64,000 nucleotides of DNA from Squalus acanthias. Lineage: Eukaryota. This document shows, piece by piece, positions 12,526 to 24,872 of the stretch (its first letter is position 1; every line of letters begins with the position of its first letter). The stretch is taken from positions 139,998,001 to 140,062,000 of the forward strand of contig CM059432.1 in assembly GCA_030390025.1 (NCBI GenBank). The letters are read 5' to 3'. A model generated the notes under the pieces. The model saw nothing but the letters and a program-made list of their open reading frames with translations. It had not been told where the DNA came from and did not search any database. The translations under genes and the position numbers were made by a program.

Positions 12526-12864
12526 ACTTGACCTAAACCTTGAGAAGACAGGTCCCCATGGTCATTACCAGGTAGGGGCCTGCAGAAATGGTTGGTAGTA
12601 TCTTTGGTGCAGCCAATCAGGTTATACTGGGCCTTGAGCAGCCTGGCATGCTTTCTTTCCTACAGTGACTGACTGAAAACATGACCTACTGTGATTGCTT
12701 GTGCTTCCGTAGTCAGACATTCACATATTGGCCTAGAATTTCCTGTAGACTTGCACTATGCAACGACGCATCATTGTCGCAGTGCCCGTTTTAGGTCGCA
12801 AAAGAAAGAGGAAATGATGACTTATGCTATGATTTCCTGGGACTTTTGCGCTGCTTCACCAATT

Positions 12865-13100
12865 GAGGGCAGATGGTAAGTCCAGGAGGAGTAATCGGGA
12901 GGGAGGCGAGTGGTGGCCGTCAATGTCTGCAGAAGTAAGGTAGAGCCTGGTGGTGCAATTTCTAGACCTGGAGTCCACGGCGGGTTCCTCCAGCCTTGAC
13001 TTTGGGAGTCTGGAACCCGGTGGAGGTCTTGGATACATCCTGGCAGCTCCCGTTGTCACTCTGATCGCCCAGGAGCTCGTCCTCAGCATCTTCCTTTGGT
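12865..13100 (-). pseudogene. Possible second Harbinger transposase N-terminal remnant (antisense) within a MITE-like element starting ~12730
   Basis: ORF 12856..13134 contains YPRPP...NCTTRLYLTSADID...RLLLLDL, resembling YPRPRV...QCxRRLRLSRE...CxLLxxDL. TIR-like GGCCTAGAATTTCC at 12730. Confidence 0.4.
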
Positions 13101-14292
13101 GGGACAATGGCGACTCCGCAGGCATGGAGGCCACTTGGTGGACCTGTCTGTCTTCTTAGCCAGGACAATGGCAGCCATATCTGGCAAGCAGATGGCAAGC
13201 CCGATGGCTATCGGAGGATGTCCCCCAGATGCTCTCCTCTGGTTCCAGATACTTTGAACATAAAACCAAACAGCTGGAAGACAATGACCAGGGCCAGGAC
13301 TAGCCCTGTCCTAGGCTTGATGTTGAATTTTTGAATTACTAGATTGATAATTAACTAACCAGGTGGCTTAAAACCGAGAAGACTTTATTGTCACAGAGCC
13401 TTTGGGATAGACGTTCGCTGCCCTTTTCTGTTTTCCAGTCTGCCTTTTCTTCTCTCTGATAGCAGGCAGCGTTAAAGGAGATTTGCCCCCTGGGCTCTGG
13501 CTTTGGTTCCCATCTGATGGTCTGGAAGTTGTCAATGATACAGGCCAAACAGACTGGCTCTTCAGCCTCATCAGAGTATGAGAGATGAAAAAGAAATGAC
13601 CAGAAACTAAAGAAGAGTCATGACTAATTGGAAACCCTTCCCGTATTTACTGGGGCATCAGAGAGTCTGATTACTGTGTGCTCTCTGACAATTGTTCCCT
13701 GTTAAAGGGGGTGAAGGAGGAAAGAGCAGAAGTATCTATCAGCAAGAAATAGGAGCGGCAAACTGAGAGGATAATCTTTTCATCTAGCTCTCGATAATTA
13801 GATATACTTTTACATTTAACTTTGGATAAACACCCATGCTGCATACAGCAGGTATCTGTATTTTATCTAGCTGGGCATTGCTGCATCTCTTTAGCTCTGC
13901 TGATTTTTAATTAATTCTGATGTACAGGCAATATATGGAGTTTGTGCCAGTACATCTGTTCCGTGTCTATCAGCTCGTTATTATGATTGTCACTTTGCTT
14001 GATAACATAAATGCAGTTTGTTTTTGCTTAGTCCCATAGACTGAACTCATGGCCTTTCCAATATAACCATGACCTAAGATAACAAATGATACTTTCACTT
14101 ATATACAAAGTTAAATCCGTTTTATTTCTATGCAATGAGATTATGACAATCAGATTTACCACTCATATCACACCGTCTGCCAAAAGGCTCTAATCTAAAA
14201 ATATCTGTTTAATATAAACAAATTGCTAAGAAATCGCACCGTTAACGTTATGGGATCAATACATTGGTCATTGGCTGAGCCGCTATGGTGGC

Positions 14293-14452
14293 ATATAGGA
14301 ACATAGGAACAGGAGTGGGCCATTCTGCCCCTTAAGTCTGTTCCGCCATTCAGTTAGATCATGGCTGATGTGTATCTCAACTCCATTTATCCACCTTTGA
14401 TCCATAATTCTTTGCTACCCTTACCCAACAAAAATCTTATCAATCTCAGTCT
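14293..14452 (-). mobile_element. CR1 LINE 3' fragment
   Basis: (CATAGGAA)n tail and GGCCATTCTGCCCC stem. Similar to 36890-37055. Confidence 0.8.
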
Positions 14453-14914
14453 TTGCGATTGTGAATATTGGGTGTAATAATTTGAAATAGCTTAAATATT
14501 TTGATATAAAAAGGTAAATGGAAAGCACAATCAGGAAAAAGCATCTAGATAATAGACAATAGTCTTGACAAGGAATGAAGACTGGGCAGAGGTCAGAGGT
14601 TCAGTCAGCCGAGATTAACAATTATTATTATTAGCAATAATAGCGATAAATGCTTTACATTCCTCTGCCCACTATTTTAATAAATATGCTAAACTGTAAA
14701 ATAATTGGTTAATGCCTCTGTTAAAATAGTAAACAGAGCATGACTAAGTGTTAAGTGTTCGATCTGACATTATTGCTGACAGTAATATGTAGCCTCCCAT
14801 CTTTTTCTTTCAAGGTCAAGATATTTCTTTCCCACAGAAAAGCAAAAAAAATGATAAGGAAAATATGAGCTCCCAATATCTGGTGAAAAAGCCTTTGCAG
14901 CAGTGTTCCCAATT

Positions 14915-14928
14915 GTTGCCATAGCAAC
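14915..14928. promoter_or_regulatory. RFX X-box motif
   Basis: GTTGCCATAGCAAC, 13/14 match to the palindromic X-box GTTGCCATGGCAAC, in apparently non-repeat sequence. Function untested. Confidence 0.5.
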
Positions 14929-15082
14929 TCTAACTAGTGAACAGCAAGGTAATATAACAATATTTAGCAGGGAACATCTGCTTATTTTTACTACAGAAAG
15001 ATGGAGAGAGAAAGAATTAAAAAAAATCAGAGATAAACAGATGTAAAGAGACACCAATGAAAGAAAGTGTGTGAGAGCTATA

Positions 15083-15703
15083 TAACAACTTGCATTTATA
15101 TAGCACCTATAATGTAGGAAAATGTTCCAAAAGCATTAACAAATAAAATTTGACACCGAGCCACATAAGGAGATATTAGGACAGGTGACCAAGAGCTTAG
15201 TCAAAGAGGTAGGTTTTAAGGAACGTCTTAAAGGAGGAGAGAGAGGAAGAGGCAGAGAGGTTTAGGCAGGGAATTCCAGAGCTGAGGGCCTGGACAACTG
15301 AAGGCCGCCAACGGTGGAGCAAAGAAAATCGAGGATGTGCAAGAGGCCAGAATTGGAGAAGCGCAGAGATCTCGGAGGGTTGTGCCCCTGCCTCAGCTCA
15401 TCTGCTGCTGTAACCCTCATCCATGCTTTTGTTACCTCTATACTCGACTATTCCAATGCTCTCCTGGCTGGCCTTCCTCCTTGCTCCTCCGTAATCTTGA
15501 GCTCATTCAAAACTCTGCTGCCCGTATCCTAACACGCACCAAGTCCCGTTCGCCTGTCACCCCAGTGCTCGCTGACCTATATTGGCTCCCAGTCCAGCAA
15601 CGCCTCGATTTTTAAATTCTCATCCTTGTTTTCAAATGCCTCCATGATTTTGCCCTTCCCTATCTCTGTAACCTCCTCCAACCCTACAACCTCTCGAGAC
15701 CTC
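15083..15703. mobile_element. L2 LINE 3' end with inverted 5' segment
   Basis: Minus-strand L2 3' end 15083-15382 abuts plus-strand L2 ORF2 piece 15383-15703 (LIHAFVTSILDYSNALLAGLP...IQNSAARILTRTK...LYWLPV). Confidence 0.85.
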
Positions 15704-15863
15704 CATTACCTCAAAGAATATCGAGACCCCAGCTTTTCCCTCCATTTCGCATCCTTCCAGCTACTCTCCGAGCCTCGGCGGTGGCCCTACTTCACCTCCC
15801 TTTCGCTTGGGCTTCCAACTCGACCTCCACCTAAGCCCACATTCCAGCCTGGAGCTCATCCTT

Positions 15864-15960
15864 TCAGCTGTGGCTCAGTGGGTATCACTCTCATCTATGA
15901 GTCAGAGGGTTGTGGGTTCAAGTCTCACTCCAAAGGCAAGAGCACAAAATCCAGGCTCAA
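15864..15960 (+). mobile_element. DeuSINE tRNA-derived head fragment
   Basis: A box TGGCTCAGTGG and B box GGTTCAAGTC, matching the SINE head at 25370. Confidence 0.7.
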
Positions 15961-16974
15961 TGCCACCAGTGAAGCCTAGCATCATCAGCCCTCAAATTCA
16001 ACTTCTGGTCTGTGCTGGACATTCAGCCATCTCCTATGCTCTGAGATCCCTCCCCTGAAATTCTTTCTCCTTGGCCACCTCTTTACCCAACAGTTTCTTC
16101 AATCATGAATTTGCTCATCTTTCCTTCCTGCTTGGTATCTCTTTCTGCTCTGTTAAATGCCTTGGGATCTCAGCCAGGGATGGGGAAAGATTTCTATTCC
16201 CGTCCGCCTATCAGTGACCCCCATGCACGTGCGTGAATGTTGGGCATAGACGAGATCGGTTTTTGTTTGTAATAACCTTACAGTTAAATGGCCTGCTGAC
16301 GGTGACTGTTTCAGGTCACACACGGATGACCATTTGAGTGGGGTTTGGGAGGATGACTGAAGCTTGTGGACCCACATCGCAGCAGGAGTCAGTGTCTTCA
16401 AGAAAGGAAGGGAGAAAATTGGTGGGCAAAACCTCCACAAAGTCTTCTGTCATTGGTGCTGTGCTCCTTCTCCCTCACCTTGCAAACCCCCCTCAGCCCA
16501 GTCTAAGTGACATAGCCTTTTGTAGGATTGGTCATAGATAGTTTCCGTCTGAAGAATGGAATTCAGTTCATATGCTGGGAAGTTACAACAATTTCAGATT
16601 TAATTTAAACAATCAGCAACGTTCTTGGGGAGATGTGGTCTGAATTATAGCTTCTTTGAAGCTTTTCTCGAGTCAGGCACCGTGTGTTACTAGCTAGAGC
16701 TCAGTCGGACACATGTTTGCCATCAATATGTCTTTTCAGTTTTGTGGTATACCCATTGACACAAGGCTGTTTTCCTTTAAGTCCTTTCATGGTACGCGAC
16801 AAAGATTGTCATGATCTCCTAGTGTGCTTCCCTGATCACTCAGCACCGCACCATCAGAGCTGTTAGCACAGATGGTCAGCTGCAATTCATATTCATGGTG
16901 CAAAAAGCATGGTTTGGCTACAGTTCAATTCGAGGGTCACATCCAAATCAAACCGAACAGTTTCTTGTAGAAGA

Positions 16975-17297
16975 TCCCTGACGGCTTAGTGTGTAAATAG
17001 CACACGGTGCAGCACTGAGCCATTCATTTCAGAAGAATACCAGGTTCAATCCTTGGTCTGTTCTCAATGACTTGATCTTTACCAAGCGCATTGGAATTGC
17101 CCTCAGTGTACCTACGTTAAGGGGGCGGAAAAAAATTCAGCCAAATGTTTGCACACCTGATCACTATCAAGTAACTGTGTGCGGTCACCTGTCCTAAAGT
17201 CTCCTTCTTTGGCTCGGTGTCACTTTTTGTCTGATGAAGCGCCTTGGGACATTTTACTAGGTCAAAGGCACTATATAAATGTAAGTTGTTGTTGTTG
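16975..17297 (+). mobile_element. Old tRNA-headed SINE fragment (16975-17180) followed by an L2 3' end (17183-17297)
   Basis: Decayed A/B boxes (GGCTTAGTGTG, GGTTCAATCC). L2 tail CTATATAAATGTAAGTTGTTGTTG. Confidence 0.55.
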
Positions 17298-17588
17298 CTC
17301 CATTCTCTGGGGAACATTGGCCCTTTAATGTGGCTCCTGCCTCTTCAGGTGCTGCAACAACAATCCCACTGTAGCACCACCTTGATTTTCCTCAGGGGTT
17401 GTTGCCAGGCTCCTGCCATGAATAGTGAATAACAGCCTCCCCCTTCAACCCAGGAAACCGGGCTGGGGTCCTAGTGGTGGGCAGAAGTCTTGCCCTCACC
17501 TGTAGGATCAGGAAAATCTATCCTGTGATGTCACTACATACTGTAAGATCACTTTACTTTAGTGTTCTCAAGACATACATGAGTCCTA

Positions 17589-18305
17589 ACCTCATTCTCT
17601 CCATCAACGTATTTACCTCACTCTCTCCATCAGCGAGTTTACCTCACTCTCTCCATCAATGTATTTACCTCACTCTCTCCATCAGTGAGTTTACCTCACT
17701 CTCTCCATCAATGTATTTACCTCATTCTCTCCATCAATGTATTTACCTCACTCTCTCCATCAGCGAGTTTACCTCACTCTCTCCATCAATGTATTTACCT
17801 CACTCTCTCCATCAGCGAGTTTACCTCACTCTCTCCATCAATGTATTTACCTCACTCTCTCCATCAGCGAGTTTACCTCACTCTCTCCATCAATGTATTT
17901 ACCTCACTCTCTCCATCAGCGAGTTTACCTCACTCTCTCCATCAATGTATTTACCTCACTCTCTCCATCAGCGAGTTTACCTCACTCTCTCCATCAATGT
18001 ATTTACCTCACTCTCTCCATCAGCGAGTTTACCTCACTCTCTCCATCAATGTATTTACCTCACTCTCTCCATCAGCGAGTTTACCTCACTCTCTCCATCA
18101 ATGTATTTACCTCACACTCTCCATCAGCGAGTTTACCTCACTCTCCCCAGCAACGTATTTACCTCACTCTCTCCATCAGCGAGTTTACCTCACTCTCTCC
18201 ATCAGCGAGTTTAGCTCATTCTCCCCAGCAACGTATTTACCTCACTCTCTCCATCAGCGAGTTTAGCTCATTCTCTCCATCAGGGTATTTACCTCACTCT
18301 CTCCA
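17589..18305. repeat. 26-bp minisatellite (~27 units) with two alternating variants (52-bp period)
   Basis: TTTACCTCACTCTCTCCATCA + ATGTA alternating with the same core + GCGAG. Confidence 0.97.
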
Positions 18306-18673
18306 CTGCAATGTTGACTTCTCACTGTCTTGTTATCCAGCAGCATAACAACTTTGTGGTTATTAGTGATTGCTAATCATTCAGAGGGAGGTGTCCAAAT
18401 ATCAAATCCTTCTTCCTGGAAGAAATAGAAGTGTTCAAATTCTTGCAAATGTTCTTACAACAAGAACTCAACTAAAATAATTATTTTCTCACACAATTTA
18501 ATTTTGTAATGCATTTATTGAAAGCTTCTGTCGTATTAGTTCCCCCTGGTGGTGTACTAAAAAATAAAACAATAGTAACAGTATATTTTGAAAGCCTTTA
18601 CTTTTTAATTTCTATTTTCATCAATTTCCATTCCCTTCCTCCATAAAAAGTGACTGTGGTATAATCAAACAAT

Positions 18674-19438
18674 GGCCCAGATTTTGCGGTAAGAATAACA
18701 GTGAAGTTATCAGCGCTCACCGTTATTAAGGAGTAAATTGGACAGCAACTTCCAGAGTCTGTACGTGCGCAGTTAAACGTGGAAATTCGGAAGCTGCTGT
18801 TCGAGTTACCCTGCTCCCCCACAAGCTTCACTATAACAGTACCTCCCCGATAGACTTGGCATTCACATACATGTAAGGGCGTGAAGTTGCGGTACTTACC
18901 CACGAGTTACCCACTAAACACCGCAGAAAAGGTTAGGGCTGGTGCATTCAGGTGTAAGTGAATTTTTAATGGTGTGATAAGTCTTAATTACTGCCAAACA
19001 ACCTCTCTGACCCTGAAAATTTATTTTTACAAATGTGGAGTTTCATTCCTTCAGAATTTAATTAGTTGGAGATTTAAAAAAAATTAAAATACTTTTTTTT
19101 AACTTTTTCGTTCTGTCTCTTTTATCTTTCTCTCTTAATCCCATCTTTCTTTCCCTCTCTTTATTTCGCTTTCTGTACATGATTTAAATCTAATTTATAA
19201 TTCCTGGTTTATACTTCCTGGTTTAGACCCTGCACGTATCAGTGAGGGTTCTTCAATCTGATTGGTTGAAGAACCTCACTGTTGCTTGCCACAGATACCC
19301 TGTAGAGGGCATCGCGCTGGATCAGACGCCCGATGACAGTAAGTTGCTGCTCAAAAGCCCGTGAAAAGTCTGTGGGCAGCTGTTAGCGTAGTGAACAGTG
19401 AGCGCTGTTCCTTCGCCGCTGACCACAAATCCCGGACC
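18674..19438. mobile_element. Harbinger/PHIS-type MITE
   Basis: TIRs GGCCCAGATTTTGCGGT...ACCACAAATCCCGGACC with AAT TSD. Same family as 52480-53262 and 41225-41610. Confidence 0.8.
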
Positions 19439-19644
19439 AATATCTTCTGCATGAAAGAGTAGATCGAAGGGTCTAATTCCAGTACAATCTGTGCATTCAT
19501 GGTGCAACGGCCAGGCTGCATCAGCGTTCAAACTCCCAACTTCCTAGCAGCAAGTGCGAGACCCAATAAAGTAAGATCACACATATAACAGAGCATCAGT
19601 TTTTAGCAAAGGCTCAATCCTACAAACCACGGGAATATGAGCTG

Positions 19645-19975
19645 TGAAGCATCGATTCATTCAAATAAAACTAGAGAGCTTTCTTTCAGAAAATAATAAT
19701 TTGGGATACAGTGTATGAGTAATCCAAGACACGAAATATGGTAAGTGTAGTATGAATGAGAGAAACAGGTGGCTTTGAACCTATGATTCCCAAAGCTTTT
19801 CATCACTGGCAGGTTTTCCTCGCCTCATGTCTGGATCTGTTGTAGACTAATTGATAGAGATTGATTGTCACGATTAGCCATCAACTCCATTATTGTTGTA
19901 GCATGCGACTGCCAGGATGGATAGATGGACCTTGGTCTTTCTTCGCCCAGCAAGTCCTATGTTCCCATGTTCCTA
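19645..19975 (+). mobile_element. CR1-type LINE 3' fragment (long 3' UTR family)
   Basis: SIDSFK/KLESFLSENNNLGYSV* resembles a CR1 ORF2 C-terminus (one frameshift). Tail GATGGACCTTGGTCTT...CCTATGTTCCCATGTTCC. Confidence 0.65.
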
Positions 19976-21317
19976 GAATTTATAAAAAATGTTTAATTGA
20001 AATCTCTGGTAAAGTCAAGTGACATTTATCAGTACAGCCAGCTTTTGTATCGCATGAGGCAGCCAACTGGATTTGAGCCAATTGCTTTTCTAGGACCACA
20101 GCCACAACGCTTGATAGTAAGTTACAGTTTTGTCTGAGTCCTAATCCTACACCTGGACCTTGCTGGGGGAACGAAGGACGGCACAGCTCATCCAGCTGCC
20201 TGCCATTTCTCCTCACCTCTGCCCTTCAGTGATGGGCAGTCTTTCCTAAAGTAGTGGAGCCAGATCAAAGACAAGCCTGCAAGATGAAAGGGGTGGCCTG
20301 ATGAAAAGAGACTCGATACAAATAATGGAAGGAATGAATAATGAGAGAGAATTAAAGGGGGAAAAGATGAGAAGGAAAGAGATAGTCTGAGGGGAGTGGG
20401 GTGACCTTGGTCTACCACAGTGGTTTAAACCAAAATGAAAAGGTTTTGACATGCACAAAACAAAGATCAAACCCCTAGTAATTTTCCATTGAGTTTGTAC
20501 ATAAGTAAAGTTCAGAAAAGAGTGTGACATTCCATTAATGCACATTAGGATTCTCAATCTTTGTAGCTGGGTCACGGGGCAAACTGAAGACAACAGTACA
20601 ATTTAGAAGTAGGGTGGCTTAATTTTATTCCTGTGTTGTTCAAAGCCAATATGGATTAATACTTCATGACGGGATTTATCGAGCCCATCACATCAAAAAA
20701 TACAACTGTTTTAGATTATGACTGACCATGTATCCACACTTTATTCACTGAACACTGATTCACCATGTGCTTACAAGTGATGGTTGAAATGCTTACACTA
20801 ACCAGGATGAAAGACTTGTCTTGTGTACCGAACTGACATTCTTTTACACACCTTTCAGAATCTCCGTTTTGCCTAACACATCTGCAAAAATCATTTTCTC
20901 TAAATTCCTAATGTTGAAAATGTTAAAACCGCAGCACATTGTAAAAAAAGCTTTGCTCTAAAAACATTGCAACCTTGAAATTATTCTGTATGATTGTTAG
21001 TGTACAAACAGCAAAAACGTTCGTCCGAAGTTACGTTGTCTGCTGCTCTAACGGAGGCCTTATCCCCTTAATGTTCAAGGTCCATAAATGTTGTGTTTTC
21101 CTGTATGTACATTTTGCATTGTAACCAAATCAGGCTATATGACGGTATGTATTTTGTTTAATTCAATATGTTGGGGATCCTAGTTTATGATTTTTTTAAC
21201 CAATAAAACACCTTTAATCTTGAAAAGAAGGTTCACATCTGCCACCATACATGATAAGTTCCTAATTTTCACTGGGCCATCAGGTAAAGCTACCAATCAG
21301 ACTAGATATTTTTATTT

Positions 21318-21693
21318 TTTATTTATTCATTCTCGGAATGTGGGCATCACTGGCAAGGCTGGCATTTATTGCCCATCCCTAGTTGCCCTTGAGAAGGTGG
21401 CGGTGAGCAGCCTTCTTGAACCGCTGCAGTCCGTGTGGTGAAGGTGCTCCCACAGTGCTGTTAGGGAGAGAGTTCCAGGATTTTGACCCAGCGACGATGA
21501 AGGATCGGCGATATACTTCCAAGTCAGGATGGTGTGTGACTTGGAGGGGAACTTGGAGATGATGGTGTTCCAATTCACCTGCTGCCCTTGTCCTTCTAGG
21601 TGGAAGAGGTCACAGGTTTGGAGGTGCTGTCGAAGAAGCCTTGGCGAGTTGCTGCAGTGCATCTTGTAGATGGTACACACTGCAGCCACGGTG
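21318..21693 (-). mobile_element. CR1-group LINE 3' fragment
   Basis: Encodes AAVCTIYKMHC...YRRSFIVAGSKSWNSLPNS...LQRFKKAAHRHLLKGN* followed by a short 3' UTR and A-rich tail. Exact clade uncertain. Confidence 0.75.
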
Positions 21694-21799
21694 CGCGCTG
21701 CTGCATGGAGTGTGATGAATTATCATGCTGTCTTGCCTCCTGAATAACTCTTGATATTTGTCTCTCCAATTTTCTTGCCTCCTGCCCTGAAAGCACTGC

Positions 21800-22155
21800 C
21801 TCTTGATGGGCTATGATTCCACTGCCTTTCAGTGTCTTGATTGAGTTGCCATTCTTCATCTGTCAGCCCGGACATTGGGTATTGGCACGGTATTGGAACC
21901 TGCGATCTTCTGCTGACCCCATGTCCATACATGTGCACATCCAGCAAGAGTTCACTGGATACAGGTCAAAAGCACAAGCACAGCTGACTTTTGTTTCCCC
22001 AATCTCTAGCATAGGGTACTGAGGCCAACTGTAGTACTGTACTGCCTCCCCAGCTGAGCACAAAGCAAGGATGATGCCTGAAACCTATCTGGTCTCTCTT
22101 ATTTAGCACCATACTGAGCAACAACTTCATAAAAGGAGCCATCTGGTGAGCCCCA
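21800..22155 (-). mobile_element. Old unclassified SINE (same family as 3655 and 16975)
   Basis: Antisense similarity to the 3.7 kb and 17.0 kb repeats. Confidence 0.4.
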
Positions 22156-22227
22156 AAACTGTTTTATTTAGACCATGCTGGCAGAGGTCCAATCGGTGTG
22201 ACTAGGATACATGGGTATACAGCTGGT

Positions 22228-22550
22228 TTGCATCTCTGTAACCTCCTCCAACCCTCAGAGATCTCTGCGCTCCTCCAATTCTGGCCTCTTGCGCATCCTC
22301 GATTTCCTTTGCCCCACCATTGGCGGCCGTTCCTTCAGCTGCCTCGGCCCCAAGCTCTGGAATTCCCTCCCTAGAACTCACTACCTCTCTCTCCTCCTTT
22401 AAGACGCTCCTTAAAACCTACCTCTTTGACCAAGCTTTTGGTCACCTGCCCTAATATCTCCTTATGTGGCTCTGTGTCAAATTTTGTTTGTTAATGCTCC
22501 TGTGAAGCTCCTTGGGACGTTTTACTACGTTAAAGCCGCTATAGTTGTTA
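22228..22550 (+). mobile_element. L2 LINE 3' fragment
   Basis: Encodes RSLRSSNSGLL...IGGRSFSCLGPKLWNSLP and has an L2 3' UTR. Confidence 0.88.
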
Positions 22551-23389
22551 CTTTGATTAAAGAGCTATCTTCTAGTGCCAATCCTAAGATCAATAGCGAG
22601 AGAAAGCAGAGGACAGGGTTGCTACCAACTCTCTCAATTGGGGAACGGCTTGCGGTGGAGTTGGACTAAAAAGGGAGAAGGAAAAAATACATTTGAACTT
22701 ATGAACTAAACGGAAGTTAAAAAAGAAAAACTCTCTTAATGTGCTCTTTGCTGTTACACGTTCATCGCAAGCCTCTCGAAGAACCTCTGCTCTCCATCTC
22801 CAATCTGTGCATGTTTTAAGTTCCACAGAATGCATTCTAGAATAAAATTGTGATACTTTATTGACAGAGCTATGTGTCTGCTGTCTTCAATTATAAACCA
22901 ACTATTTACCAATGTAGCCTACTCACACCGATGGAACCCTAGTTATCATTTGACGGTCTTGGTAAATTTTATATGTACAAAAATGTTTTAAATAATTTCT
23001 TTGCCCAGTTTTTCCTCCTCCAATGGTTCTGACATGCTGGATCATAGGCTAACTGAATTGGGCCAGCAGCAAGGTCACACACTAATACCACACACTGGCA
23101 CTCCCATGTGCCTTGCCACTGCACCATAAAGATGTCCACCCCGAACCTTTTCAGGGGTTTCCAGTGGGAGGCCAGTGGAACCCACCAGGAAACAACGGAG
23201 ACTGTAAGTCTCTGCCATTTCTGGGAATTTGTGAAGAGCCTTGTGTAATGGAAAAATCAAGAGCTTTCCTGTGATTTTCTGTCCATAATAGGCTACAGTT
23301 CCATTGCTACTGGCAGTCGGGGCAGTATAGTTGACCACTACTACTACAACAACAACAACAACAACAACTGAAGCGCTTGTCAAGTATTC

Positions 23390-24360
23390 TTGCTGTTTTC
23401 TGTTTATTGTCCACTAACTCACTATCCTCTCGGGCTCTACCTTACATTTTAAAATTCTCTTTTTATTGATATACTTTTTAGAATACTTTACTTTTATTTT
23501 TAAATTGCGATTTTCTCCTCGTATTTCCTCCTAACTTTCCTTATCCCTATCTTAACCTACGTTCCTTATTTTCTCACCTTCGCTCTTATTTTTATCATTA
23601 TTATCATACCTCTATGCCCCACATACCCTCTTCAACTTTGGTTTGTTTCTAACCTCTTTATTTATCCATGGTAGCCTGATACTTGAAGCAGCCTCCTTGC
23701 TTAATGGTATACATTTATTCTGAAACTGTGCAATCTCCTTTTTAAACAGGAATCCACGCTCCTTTGTGACAGTTTTTCTCCTCTGGCCAATTCCAATCTT
23801 CTGCCTTTGTTCTTGTACTAACTTATTCCCTTTCTATTTGAATCTGAAACCGTGCCATATTATGGTCACTACTCCGAGCTGCTCACCCACATTTAACTCA
23901 CAGTCCTGATCTATTTTGTCATTCATAACTAGATCTAGCAATGCCTCTCCCCTTGTAGGCAAACACACATATGGTTTGAGGAAGGAGTCCCCTACACATT
24001 TGAGGAAAATTCCATTTCCATTTCTTTGTTTACTCCCTCTGTTGCCAACTCTGGTTGGACGTATTCCTGGAGGTTTCATCACATGACCTCCTGCCTCCCA
24101 CCGCCCCGACTTTCTTCCCCCATCTCCCACATTTTTAAAACGAATAACTAAATACACATTAAAGTGTTCAAAGAAAATGAAAAATAAACTGTTTAATACC
24201 CCCATGATTTCTCTCTGGTGTTGCTCACAGCAGTGACCAGGAAATTAATCCTGGAGGGTTGGCAACCCTATGTCCCAATGAATGAGAGGGTAATTAAAAT
24301 CTCGTAGAACCATAATGTTGTTATTCCTACTCATCTCCCTTATCTGTCTATAGATTTCCC
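23390..24360 (-). mobile_element. Old CR1 endonuclease-region fragment interrupted by a small DNA element
   Basis: Encodes FLKCVGDSFLKPYVCLPTRGEALLDLVMN...VGEQLG (CR1 APE domain). Confidence 0.7.
24037..24270. mobile_element. Small non-autonomous DNA transposon (unclassified)
   Basis: Inverted termini GTTGCCAACTCT...AGGGTTGGCAACCCTA, interrupting the CR1 fragment. Confidence 0.55.
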
Positions 24361-24577
24361 ACAGTTAGAGGGCCTGTTACTGTACTGCATGCTACTAGTG
24401 GCTGATGCAGACAGAGCTACTCGACTTCTAATGGATTATATTTTTAAGATTTACATCAGAGAAAAAAATAGAAATGGGTTATAAATGGCAAAAAAAGAGT
24501 TTCTGCACAGCGGTGGGAATAGTGCAAAATGTTCATTTGTTACTGCATCGTAATAAATGTGAACATATCCCAGATAC

Positions 24578-24872
24578 TTCGGAGATCTCTGCGCTCCTCC
24601 AATTCTGGCTTCTTGTGCATCCCTGATTTCCTTCGCTCCACCATTGGCGGCCGTGCCTTCAGCTACCTTGGCCCTAAACTCTGGAATTCCCTCCCTAAAC
24701 CTCTCTGCCTCGCTATCCTCCTTTAAGACACTCCTTAAAACCACCCTCATCTGCCCTAATATTTCCTTCTTTAGCTTGGTGTCAGCTTTTGTCTGATAAC
24801 GCTCCAGTGAAGCGCCTTGGGATGTTTTACTACGCTAAAGACGCTGTATTAATGCAAGTCGTTGATGTTATT
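24578..24872 (+). mobile_element. L2 LINE 3' fragment
   Basis: Encodes RSLRSSNSGFL...IGGRAFSYLGPKLWNSLP and has an L2 tail. Confidence 0.85.

Noticed and set aside
17474..18348. Three overlapping 193-246 aa ORFs
   Set aside because: They arise from the stop-free 26-bp minisatellite and give the same peptide in all frames.
19690..19746. Exon suggested by TTTCAG...ATG|GTAAGT in the duplicated 125-mer
   Set aside because: All three frames have stops, and the sequence is explained as a CR1 ORF2 end and 3' UTR.
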